A stretch of 64,000 nucleotides of DNA from a bacterium (GTDB taxonomy: Bacteria; SAR324; NAC60-12), in NCBI GenBank assembly GCA_965209155.1, contig OZ242383.1, positions 1,472,001 through 1,536,000 on the forward strand, read 5' to 3'. The first letter of the stretch is position 1; each line of letters begins with the position of its first letter. A model generated the notes under the pieces. The model did not search any database. It worked only from the letters and a program-made list of their open reading frames with translations, and had not been told where the DNA came from. This document shows, one piece after another, positions 54,303 through 62,934 of this stretch. Both the position numbers and the translations under genes were made by a program.

Positions 54303-55238
54303 TTATGCTCCAACATAGTCACTCTCGATCAAACCAATTGCATCCTGTTCATCCAAATCACGGTTTCTTATAAGTTGCTTCAGCCCACTCGTTTCAGACC
54401 AACTGTAAAGGCCGTTACTCGCGATTTCGATTGTAGAAAGGCGATCAATCATGTCATTCTCGTCCAGCAGAAAAACTCTTCCCGGAGAACCTGGTTCATG
54501 CGCAAGCGTCTCGAAGGAAAGGGTTCGCGCTTTGGTATAACGTGACCAGAAATGGGTGATTGCAAGACAAAACAAGCCTGGTCTGAGTGAAGGCTTCGGC
54601 CCTCGAATGAAGCGGAATCCATCTCGCTTCCCGATAGGTTTGATCAAACCAAGTTCCATCAGTGGGGACTCCAGAGTATCTTCATAACTCGTCTTTGTTG
54701 ATGGCAAGGGCGATATATAGGTTCGCACAAAACATGCAACGTCTTTCTTTATCGTAGCAGAAGACGTCCGTGGCCACCCACGATCATTCGCAAGTTTTTC
54801 CAGGCTCCTGGCAAGCATGTCGCGATCGAATGATGGTGCTGGAAAATAATTGAATGCCCAAAACCATGTGGTCTTATGCGGTTGACCGCAGAGTTGCCAG
54901 TGAATGAGCCATGTAGTATCCGGGTGCTCCATGTAAGGGTCAAGACCCCCTTCGGCAAATAAGCGCCGGCCAAGTGATGTGGTGATCAAACGACCGGACT
55001 GTTCTTTGATGATGCCCGTCGCAATCGCCCAGTGCCGGATAGAGGCAACCATGTTCTTACCGACGCCGAACCGCGCGATGGCATCGTCTGCGGAGAAAAC
55101 CGATTTGTTGTTCTTGTCGCTTTCGGTTTCCCGAACGGCGTCGAAGGCTTTCTTGAGCCATCCGTACCGGAGCGGAAAGGTCTCGTGCCCTGACAACTGT
55201 GGTTGGTAGTTGTCTTTGTAAAGGGAACCTCGTAGCAT
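54303..55238 (-). CDS. sspB: DUF4007 protein SspB
   Basis: SGHETFPLRYGWLKK, FGVGKNMV.SIRHW, DPY.E...T.WLIHW; GGAGAG RBS before ATG at 55238. Confidence 0.87.
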   Translation of the reverse strand: MLRGSLYKDNYQPQLSGHETFPLRYGWLKKAFDAVRETESDKNNKSVFSADDAIARFGVGKNMVASIRHWAIATGIIKEQSGRLITTSLGRRLFAEGGLDPYMEHPDTTWLIHWQLCGQPHKTTWFWAFNYFPAPSFDRDMLARSLEKLANDRGWPRTSSATIKKDVACFVRTYISPLPSTKTSYEDTLESPLMELGLIKPIGKRDGFRFIRGPKPSLRPGLFCLAITHFWSRYTKARTLSFETLAHEPGSPGRVFLLDENDMIDRLSTIEIASNGLYSWSETSGLKQLIRNRDLDEQDAIGLIESDYVGA

Positions 55239-55266
55239 AGTCTCTCCATCAGGTAAAACATCCAAT

Positions 55267-55298
55267 TTGACAATACGTATTTTTTTTTTTAGTGTCAA
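55267..55298. promoter_or_regulatory. Overlapping bidirectional sigma70-type promoter pair sharing a T11 tract
   Basis: Plus: TTGACA(55267-72)-17 bp-TAGTGT(55290-95). Minus: TTGACA(55298-93)-17 bp-TATTGT(55275-70). T11 at 55280-55290. Confidence 0.7.
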
Positions 55299-55331
55299 TG
55301 ACAAACTAACGGCAGTTTCCAAGAGCAACGT

Positions 55332-56507
55332 ATGGACAACCGAAAGACCATCTACGCGGATTATCAGGCGACCACACCGATTGATCCGCAAGTCTTGAAA
55401 AAGATGGCTCCTTGCTGGGGGAGATTATTCGGTAACCCCCACTCGAGTGATCATGTCATCGGGTGGAGAGCTGACGAAGCCGTTCGCGAAGCTACGGAAT
55501 CCGTAGCGGCCTTGATAGGAGCCGATGCCGATGAGGTGATTTTCACTTCCGGAGCCACTGAGGCCAATAATCTCGCATTACTCGGTCTTGGCCGACGCGC
55601 CACGAGCGGACGTCGGCGTATATTGGTGAGCGCAATCGAGCACAAGTGTGTCTTAGGAGCAGCGCGAGCATTGAGCGAACGTGAAGGAATTACCGTCGAG
55701 ACTATTTCAGTCGACAGCGAAGGATTTGTCGACTTTAACGTGTTGGAAGAACGCTTGAATGGAGATGTGCTCCTCCTTTCACTAATGGCGGTAAACAACG
55801 AAGTCGGAACCATTCAAGACATCCCGAGGATTGCTAAACTACTCATACCCTATGGAATTTTGTTTCATTGTGATGCTGCGCAAGCTCCTTGTGGAATGGA
55901 TGTGAGTGATCTTGCCTCTCATGCCGACCTGATCAGCCTTTCAGCACACAAAATGTATGGACCACAGGGCATCGGCGCATTGTATATCCGCCGTGATTTC
56001 AAGGAGTTGATCGAACCATTGATTTATGGTGGTGGACAGCAAGAGGGTTTACGTTCCGGCACCATCCCGATGCCGCTTTGCGTGGGTATGGCGACGGCAG
56101 CTGGGATTATTACTGGAGAAAAAGCGACCAAAGAACGCACACGCGTTGCTCAGCACCGTGATGCGTTTATTCGTCTGCTGCAAGGCGGTAATTTTCCGAT
56201 CACCATCAATGGGACAACCGGCACGCGACGTCATCCGGGTAATGCTAACATCTGTTTTGACGGATTCCATGCGCAAGACATCCTTGGTGTCCTTCAACCG
56301 CAACTTGCTGCATCCACTGGCGCTGCTTGCGCTTCCGGTATTCCCGAACCATCGCACGTACTTCACTCACTCGGACTGACAAGTGCGCAGAGCGATTCTT
56401 CCATTCGCTTCAGCTTTGGCCGTTTCACCTCCTACGAAGATATCGAGATCGCGACACGTCTGGTGGGAGAAGCCCTTGCTACACTTTCCGAGGAAACAAA
56501 GTATTGA
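55332..56507 (+). CDS. sspA: Cysteine desulfurase (IscS/DndA-like), SspA
   Basis: YADYQATTP, GNPHS, FTSGATEANN, SAHKMYGP.G.G, RSGT, STGAACASG; divergent from sspB. Confidence 0.9.
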   Translation: MDNRKTIYADYQATTPIDPQVLKKMAPCWGRLFGNPHSSDHVIGWRADEAVREATESVAALIGADADEVIFTSGATEANNLALLGLGRRATSGRRRILVSAIEHKCVLGAARALSEREGITVETISVDSEGFVDFNVLEERLNGDVLLLSLMAVNNEVGTIQDIPRIAKLLIPYGILFHCDAAQAPCGMDVSDLASHADLISLSAHKMYGPQGIGALYIRRDFKELIEPLIYGGGQQEGLRSGTIPMPLCVGMATAAGIITGEKATKERTRVAQHRDAFIRLLQGGNFPITINGTTGTRRHPGNANICFDGFHAQDILGVLQPQLAASTGAACASGIPEPSHVLHSLGLTSAQSDSSIRFSFGRFTSYEDIEIATRLVGEALATLSEETKY

Positions 56508-57122
56508 ATCGCATGATTCTTCTTGAACAGCCATAAATACGCCCTCTTGATAATGTGATAAGAGACAGCGTAAACAAACAACTTTCCTATTCACGATTAA
56601 TCAATGGAGAATCATGGTAAAAGAAAAATCACAAAAAACAAAAATACATAATTTACCATTTGGAGGATTTTGGGTTGATCCTAAAGATATTGTTTTAAGT
56701 GAAAAGGGGCAAAAAATTATAGAGCAAATAGCTAAGATCCCGGTTGAGAAACAAAAAACTAAAGTTGAAGATTAGAGTTTATGGGATTTGGTTTACTATT
56801 TCTTGCTTTATTAGGCGGATATATTTTTAACAGATGGTGTAAGTTATTTTGTTATTCTGTAAATCGAGATACTGGTTACAATCTTCTTTTTAAATCAGCA
56901 TCAGCCGGTGTTTTTTTAACAATTGAATAATTCTTCAGCAACTCGAAAACAGTGTTGCTTCGCCTGGTTCTTCGATTTGAATTGATTGCCGGAGTGGGTG
57001 AATGATAGGATCCCACTCCGTCAGGTTATGCATCGTGACCCAATTCAAGGGACGGTTCCCAGAGATTTTGACGGTTTTGAGACTTGTAAACGCAAAGAAT
57101 ACACCTGAAAGGAGAAACGCAA

Positions 57123-57446
57123 ATGCCACAATACGTAATTGTTTATCTGGGCGGCGACCCGCCATCGAGCCCGGAGGAAGGAAAGCAACATTTCGCGAAG
57201 TATAAAGAATGGCTCGCTTCATTGGGCGACTCGGCGGTCAGTCCCGCAAATCCGCTCAAGGACACGAACACGGTGAACTCCGATCGAAGCGTTACCACCG
57301 GGAGTACGATTTCCATGTCCGGATACACTATTGTTGAAGTGGATTCTATGGAAGCGGCGTTGTCGATTGCCAAGGCATGTCCTTTTCTCGATATCGGAGG
57401 GTCCCTTGAAGTATCCGAGTTGATACCAATGCGGGATCCCATGTAA
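57123..57446 (+). CDS. YCII-related small protein
   Basis: AAGGAG RBS; SGYTIVE.DS.EAA..IAK.CP....GG..EV pattern. Confidence 0.7.
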   Translation: MPQYVIVYLGGDPPSSPEEGKQHFAKYKEWLASLGDSAVSPANPLKDTNTVNSDRSVTTGSTISMSGYTIVEVDSMEAALSIAKACPFLDIGGSLEVSELIPMRDPM

Positions 57447-57521
57447 AGTCCCCCATCGAGTTCCATGAACGTGATTTTCCACAAGCATGATGGGGTTGCG
57501 TAAAAACCGCGCACCTGCATC

Positions 57522-58226
57522 ATGGATTTCCCTTGCATCCATAAAATCTATATGAAGCCATTGCCGGATTCTTTTTATGACCGGGATGCGCAAGTCGTTG
57601 CCCGGGAATTGTTGGGGAAGGTCATCCGGCACCACTGCCAGGGTCTCTGGTTGTCTGCCATGATTGTGGAAACGGAAGCCTATTATCAACGAGAAAAAGG
57701 CAGCCATGCGTCACTGGGATTCACTGAAAAAAGAAAAGCCCTTTTTATGGCGCCTGCTACCATCTACATGTACTACGCACGGGGTGGCGATTCGTTGAAT
57801 GTGAGTTGCCGGGGAGCAGGAAATGCCGTGTTGATCAAAGCGGGTTGTCCCTACTGCGATGAGACGACGCCACCTCAAATGATGCAAGTGATGCAGCAAC
57901 GCAATCCCCGGAACAACAGCAACCTGCCCCGGAGATCGAGTCGATTGTGCTCCGGACAAACCCTGCTTTGTCGATCACTGGGGCTCCGGGTCCCGGATTG
58001 GGATCAAAAATCTTTCGATCCCACCCGTTTTTTTATGGAAGACGTTGGATATCACCCCAAAAAACTGATTCAAACCCGCCGTTTGGGAATCCCCAAGGGA
58101 CGCGATGAACATTTGCTTTATCGATGGATCGATTTCGATAAAGCCGCTTCTGCCACAGACAACCCCTTGAGTAAAAGAACCTGGAAAGAAGGGAGAGATT
58201 ACAAAATCCGGCGAGGCATGTTTTGA
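57522..58226 (+). CDS. mpg: DNA-3-methyladenine glycosylase (MPG/AAG family)
   Basis: FYDRD...VARELLGK, IVETEAY, SHA, IYMY, LNVS, AVLI, SG...LC..LG, R.GI. Confidence 0.88.
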   Translation: MDFPCIHKIYMKPLPDSFYDRDAQVVARELLGKVIRHHCQGLWLSAMIVETEAYYQREKGSHASLGFTEKRKALFMAPATIYMYYARGGDSLNVSCRGAGNAVLIKAGCPYCDETTPPQMMQVMQQRNPRNNSNLPRRSSRLCSGQTLLCRSLGLRVPDWDQKSFDPTRFFMEDVGYHPKKLIQTRRLGIPKGRDEHLLYRWIDFDKAASATDNPLSKRTWKEGRDYKIRRGMF

Positions 58227-58263
58227 AGGAATTTCCGCTCGAGTCGATTCTCCGATGAGCTTG

Positions 58264-58542
58264 TTACATTCCTCCTGCAATGGACGGAACAATTTGGATA
58301 TTGTCTCCGGGTTCGATCCTGGTGTCCAGGTTCTGCGCGTTGCGAATGTCTTCATCATTGAGGTAAACATTGATGAAACTGCGCACTTTTCCGTTCTCTT
58401 CATAAAGGTGCTGTTTCAGCTCCTGGTATTGTTGGCATAACCCCTCGAAGGCTTCGCCCACGGTGGAGCCTTCCACGACGATTTCGTCCTGGTTGTTCGT
58501 GTATTTTTGCAATGCCGAGGGTATTTCGATGATGGCAGACAT
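58264..58542 (-). CDS. MoaD/ThiS/CysO-like sulfur carrier ending in GG-M
   Basis: IP.AL...T, FINVYLNDEDIR....L.T....GD.I.IVPSIAGGM. Confidence 0.9.
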   Translation of the reverse strand: MSAIIEIPSALQKYTNNQDEIVVEGSTVGEAFEGLCQQYQELKQHLYEENGKVRSFINVYLNDEDIRNAQNLDTRIEPGDNIQIVPSIAGGM

Positions 58543-58579
58543 AGATTTCCTTGAATTTTAAAGTTAACGGGGCTTCAGC

Positions 58580-59509
58580 TTATTCATCCCAAAAGCGTTC
58601 TTCAAGATATTTATCACCATTGTCCGGGATAATCGTGACCACCGTGCCCTCGGGATGTTCCCTGGCTACCTGGAGGGCGCACTCCACGGCCGCCCCTCCC
58701 GAGACTCCAATCAACATGCCTTCTTGCAGCGCCATGGCTTTTACCATGTGGTAGGCATCCTCGGTGCGACACGTCATTTTCCGGTCTGCAAAGTGGGGGT
58801 CGTAAATCCTGGGTACAAGGGCCGTATCCATGTGCTTCAATCCTTCCAAGCCGTGAAAGGGCGAATCGGGTTGCACTTCGTATACCTGGATTTGCGGATT
58901 GATCGACTTCAAGTAACGTCCCACTCCCATGAAAGTCCCGGAAGTCCCCAAAGTGGCTACAAAATGACTGACCCGGCTCCGGGTTTGCTCGATGATTTCA
59001 GGACCTGTTGTTTGAAAATGCGCTTTCCAGTTGTTCTCGTTGCTGTACTGGTCGGGATAATAGTATTCCTCCGGATTTTCGGCATAGAGTTTGCGCACCG
59101 CTTCGATGGCGCCATCCGATCCTCTCAATGGATCAGTCAAAACGAGCTCAGCCCCGTAAACCCGCAAGATGCGGATTCGGGAAGCAGTGACGTTGCCGGG
59201 AATGCACAGTTTGACTTTATAACCCAGCAAGGTCCCAATCATCGCATAGGCGATCCCCGTGTTCCCGGAAGTTGCATCGAGAATGGTTTTCTCTGCAGTC
59301 AATTCTCCCGAATCAATGGCGCTTCGTACCATTTGCAGGGCAGCGCGATCTTTCACGGAACGCCCCGGATTGTACCACTCTGCTTTGACGTACAAATTTC
59401 CTCGAGGGCAGATTTTCGCCAAACGCAACAGGGGCGTGTTTCCTATCGATTTCAGGTAATTGACACCGACGCCATTGTCATTTACATTCATCTTGGGAGT
59501 TTTTACCAA
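58580..59509 (-). CDS. PLP-dependent cysteine synthase family protein (CysM-like)
   Basis: IGNTPL, KAE..NPG.SVKDR, ATSGNTG, QY.N..N...H..TTGPEI, GTSGT, GVSGGA. Confidence 0.9.
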   Translation of the reverse strand: MVKTPKMNVNDNGVGVNYLKSIGNTPLLRLAKICPRGNLYVKAEWYNPGRSVKDRAALQMVRSAIDSGELTAEKTILDATSGNTGIAYAMIGTLLGYKVKLCIPGNVTASRIRILRVYGAELVLTDPLRGSDGAIEAVRKLYAENPEEYYYPDQYSNENNWKAHFQTTGPEIIEQTRSRVSHFVATLGTSGTFMGVGRYLKSINPQIQVYEVQPDSPFHGLEGLKHMDTALVPRIYDPHFADRKMTCRTEDAYHMVKAMALQEGMLIGVSGGAAVECALQVAREHPEGTVVTIIPDNGDKYLEERFWDE

Positions 59510-59614
59510 TATGCAATGATTGAAACACCACGGTTGCAGTGATCCTTTTGTTTTAAAATGCGAATCAGGGGTTGAAATTTAATTTATAAAATCAATTATT
59601 TAATTATTGTGATG

Positions 59615-59730
59615 TGTCATGCCGGTCCCGGATCAAGTACAGGATGATCCGGCATCCAAAATATCGCCCGTATCCCCCTGGATTCCTGGTCAAGCCAGGA
59701 ATGACACGTTTTTGAACTCCTGATTCACGT
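59615..59730. repeat. Free-standing REP-like hairpin unit related to the MITE internal repeat
   Basis: CTGGATTCCTGGTCAAGCCAGGAATGACACGTTTTTGAACTCCTGATT is nearly the reverse complement of 23944-23991. Confidence 0.8.
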
Positions 59731-59861
59731 TTTTTAAAAGAACCATTTACTGCCTCTTTTTTCAATATTTCGGATGTTCGGAACCCGGTACGGGAGTATC
59801 ACTATTTTGAAGCAAACGCGTTTATTTTGCAACACCGATCGTCAAGAGCGACAAAGACACC

Positions 59862-61274
59862 ATGCGGGACTTTGATTTTTTTGAACAATTGCAGCATCAT
59901 TTGTCGGGTCTCCCAGAATACTCTCGATTGCAAAGATATAAATCTTCCACAATCACTTCACCTGCTGTCCCGGATCGAGGGGCGCTTTATGCCGCTTACC
60001 TGGACACGCTCTTGAACCTGCTGGAGATTCCCCACAACTTGGCCTCGGCACACAAGGAATTGTACAGCCTCTATCACTTGATACACAAGGTCGATCCTTA
60101 CTACTTCACCAACGAGATGCTTTCCGATGCGCTTTCCCAGTGCTATTCTCTGAGCTTGCACCAGCGCAATCTTTTGCTCAGGTTCCTCGTTGCGTTTTTT
60201 GAGGTACTGGGACAATCCAAATTTTGCAATACAGGCAATTTTCAACTCGGTGACGAGGAATGGGAAAAATGGCATAGCGCTCTACCAGGGAGCAATGCCT
60301 GGAAAGTCGCTGGTATGCTCCAGGATCAGGGTGCTGGAATTGCCGCCAGCCGGTCCGGATATCGAGCCTGGCATCGCTATAAAAATGGCACCGTGCCGAA
60401 AAATATCAACGACTCCACACCCTGGCAGCAGCTTTGCGAGAACTGGGCTGAAACGATTGATGAATCCCCAATTTATGCGGATTTGCTGGCCCAGGCATTT
60501 TCCGGAGACCTGTCTCACCTGGGAATCCAGGGATATTGCGGCGAAACACCGGCTTGTACCCGCTGCCCTCTGCAAACTACTTGTCTGTGGAATAACGGGA
60601 CCGTAGAAGGTTCGGAAGAGGAACCCTTGCAGGTCGTCATCCAGAAGGAAAAAATGGATGAACTGTCCACCGCGACTTTGGCTGCCTGGCTTTTTGACCT
60701 TTCACCAGGGGATAGCGAGATTTTGCATGGCCAGCTTTCCGACCCCAAAATCGGCTCTGCCAATCCCTTGCGCGTTTTGGAGCTTAAAACGGTATCTGAA
60801 TTGGGACAAATTTTACCAAAGGTGAAAGGTTTTGGAGAAAAACTGAAAGCGCTCTTGGAACTATCCAAGCGTTACAACGAAGAAAGATTGGTTCCCGGAG
60901 ATCTTTTCAGTTGCAGCAGGGATATTTTTCAACATTTCCGCTTCCAGCTTCGTGACCTCAAGCAGGAAGTTTTCATCCTGGTTCTCCTCGACAACAAACA
61001 CCAGTACCTCAGTGAAAAAGAAATCACCAAGGGAATTCTCAATCGAAGCCTGGTCCATCCCAGGGAAGTCTTCAGCGAAGCCATCAAAAGCCGGGCGGCA
61101 GCGATTGTCTGCGTACACAATCACCCTTCAGGAGATCCCAAAGCCTCGGAGGACGATATTCAAATCACGCGACGCCTGCTGGAAGTGGGAAAAATCGTTG
61201 GGATACCTTTGTTGGATCATATCATTGTCGGCAACGATCGTCATTTCAGCCTGGCCGATGAAGGTTTGTTATGA
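59862..61274 (+). CDS. radC: RadC (JAB-domain) protein with long N-terminal extension containing an EndoIII-like FeS motif
   Basis: C-terminal QEVF..VLLD, GILN.SLVHPREVF..AI...AA.I...HNHPSGD...S..D, LLDHII; central CGETPACTRCPLQTTC. Confidence 0.85.
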   Translation: MRDFDFFEQLQHHLSGLPEYSRLQRYKSSTITSPAVPDRGALYAAYLDTLLNLLEIPHNLASAHKELYSLYHLIHKVDPYYFTNEMLSDALSQCYSLSLHQRNLLLRFLVAFFEVLGQSKFCNTGNFQLGDEEWEKWHSALPGSNAWKVAGMLQDQGAGIAASRSGYRAWHRYKNGTVPKNINDSTPWQQLCENWAETIDESPIYADLLAQAFSGDLSHLGIQGYCGETPACTRCPLQTTCLWNNGTVEGSEEEPLQVVIQKEKMDELSTATLAAWLFDLSPGDSEILHGQLSDPKIGSANPLRVLELKTVSELGQILPKVKGFGEKLKALLELSKRYNEERLVPGDLFSCSRDIFQHFRFQLRDLKQEVFILVLLDNKHQYLSEKEITKGILNRSLVHPREVFSEAIKSRAAAIVCVHNHPSGDPKASEDDIQITRRLLEVGKIVGIPLLDHIIVGNDRHFSLADEGLL

Positions 61275-61855
61275 AAAACCCGCAGGATTATTATTTCCAC
61301 AAAGCGAAAAAAGAAGGTTACGTCGCCCGTTCTGTTTACAAGTTGCAGGAAATCGACCTGAAACACCATCTTTTGAAAAAACGTGACCGGGTTTTTGACC
61401 TGGGATGCGCGCCAGGGTCGTGGTTGCAATACACGGCCCGCAAAGTCGGTCCCCAAGGCATCGTGTTGGGAATGGACGTCACGCCGGTGACCGTCGATCT
61501 CCCTCCCCACGTCAGTCTGCTGCAACACGACGTCCTCCAATACCAACCCGCAGAAAAATATTTTCAGTATTTTGATGTCGTTCTCAGTGATATGGCGCCT
61601 CGCACTACAGGAATTGCTTCCGTCGATTCCCAGCGTTCTTACAACTTGTGTGAACAGGCCCTCCACCTGGCAACGCAGGTTCTCAGACCGGGAGGCTCAT
61701 TGCTGGTTAAAATGCTTCAAGGAGGCTTGTTGCCGCAGCTTCGCCTGGAGTTTAAAAATCGCTTTATGAACGTCAAAACATGTAAACCCCACAGTTCCCG
61801 CCAGCAGAGCGTGGAGACTTTTCTCCTCGGGAAAGGCTTTCGTCGTCCTGGATGA
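61271..61855 (+). CDS. rlmE: 23S rRNA Um2552 methyltransferase RlmE/FtsJ
   Basis: AKKEGY.ARS.YKL.EI, DLGCAPGSW.Q, SDMAP..TG, KP.SSR..S.E. Confidence 0.93.
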   Translation: MKNPQDYYFHKAKKEGYVARSVYKLQEIDLKHHLLKKRDRVFDLGCAPGSWLQYTARKVGPQGIVLGMDVTPVTVDLPPHVSLLQHDVLQYQPAEKYFQYFDVVLSDMAPRTTGIASVDSQRSYNLCEQALHLATQVLRPGGSLLVKMLQGGLLPQLRLEFKNRFMNVKTCKPHSSRQQSVETFLLGKGFRRPG

Positions 61856-61952
61856 ATTTTTAATAACGTCGTTTGCCTCTTTGATTTCAACAAGGTAAAA
61901 AACGAATAAGCTGAAAACAAACCCCGGAAAATTTTTATTTCAGTAATGGCCA

Positions 61953-62915
61953 ATGTCAGCAATTTTATTACGTGCCCGAGAAACACTCCTCGCAGAAATC
62001 GAGGGTATCCAAAGTCTGGTGGAGCGCCTGGATGACCTTTTTGAAAAGGCAGTGGACCTCTTGTTCACCTGCCGGGGAAACGTAATATGCCTGGGAATGG
62101 GAAAAAGTGGAATAATCGGGCAAAAGATTGCCGCCACTTTGACCAGCACAGGCACCCCTGCCATATTTTTACACCCTGCCGAATGTTACCATGGGGACCT
62201 GGGGTTGATCACCAAAAGGGACGTGGTTTTAGTCATTTCCAACAGTGGTGAAACTGAAGAAATCGTCAAAATACTGGGACATATCCAGGCATTGGGCATT
62301 CCACTGGTTGCTATCACAGGCAATGCCGATTCGACCCTGGCCCTCAATGCCACTGCCCACCTTTGTATTGCAGTTGATAAAGAAGCATGTCCCCTGGGGC
62401 TGACGCCGACAACCAGTACCACGGCTTCTCTGGCATTGGGCGATGCCCTGGCCATGTGTCTTTTGGAGAAACGGCAATTCAAGGAGGAAGACTTTGCGGT
62501 TTTTCATCCCGGAGGCAGTCTGGGTAAAAAATTGACCATCACCGTCGCAGACCTGATGGTCTCCGGGGATCGCTTGCCTTTCGTGGATGAAAACACGTTG
62601 GTGCGTGAAACAATCCACCAGCTTTCGGAAAAACAACTGGGAATTGTGGTGGTGCTCGATGAGGTAAAAGAACTGGCAGGGGTTTTTACCGTCGGGGATT
62701 TAATGCGTTTGATCGAAAAGCAAAATGATTTCTTAGACCATCCGATTTCAAATTTCATGACGAGCAATCCGAAGGTCTCGAATCCCCAGGATTTGGCTGC
62801 CAAAGCCCTGCACGTCATGGAAGTCCATTCGATTACCTGCCTGGTTGTCGTCGAGAATAAACTGCCCGTAGGCGTCCTGCAAATTTATGATATCCTGCGT
62901 GCAGGCGTGTATTGA
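61953..62915 (+). CDS. kdsD: Arabinose-5-phosphate isomerase (KpsF/GutQ, SIS + CBS)
   Basis: GMGKSG.IG.KIAATL.STGTP, HGDLG, EACPLGL.PT.ST, FHPGG.LG, CBS pair. Confidence 0.92.
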   Translation: MSAILLRARETLLAEIEGIQSLVERLDDLFEKAVDLLFTCRGNVICLGMGKSGIIGQKIAATLTSTGTPAIFLHPAECYHGDLGLITKRDVVLVISNSGETEEIVKILGHIQALGIPLVAITGNADSTLALNATAHLCIAVDKEACPLGLTPTTSTTASLALGDALAMCLLEKRQFKEEDFAVFHPGGSLGKKLTITVADLMVSGDRLPFVDENTLVRETIHQLSEKQLGIVVVLDEVKELAGVFTVGDLMRLIEKQNDFLDHPISNFMTSNPKVSNPQDLAAKALHVMEVHSITCLVVVENKLPVGVLQIYDILRAGVY

Positions 62916-62934
62916 ATCACGAAGGTAGAAAAAA

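Noticed and set aside
50056..56507. BREX type 4 or Dnd assignment
   Set aside because: No PglZ, BrxL or DndD/DndE; separate DUF4007, ATPase and PAPS-reductase genes plus a DUF262-DUF1524 gene fit Ssp better.
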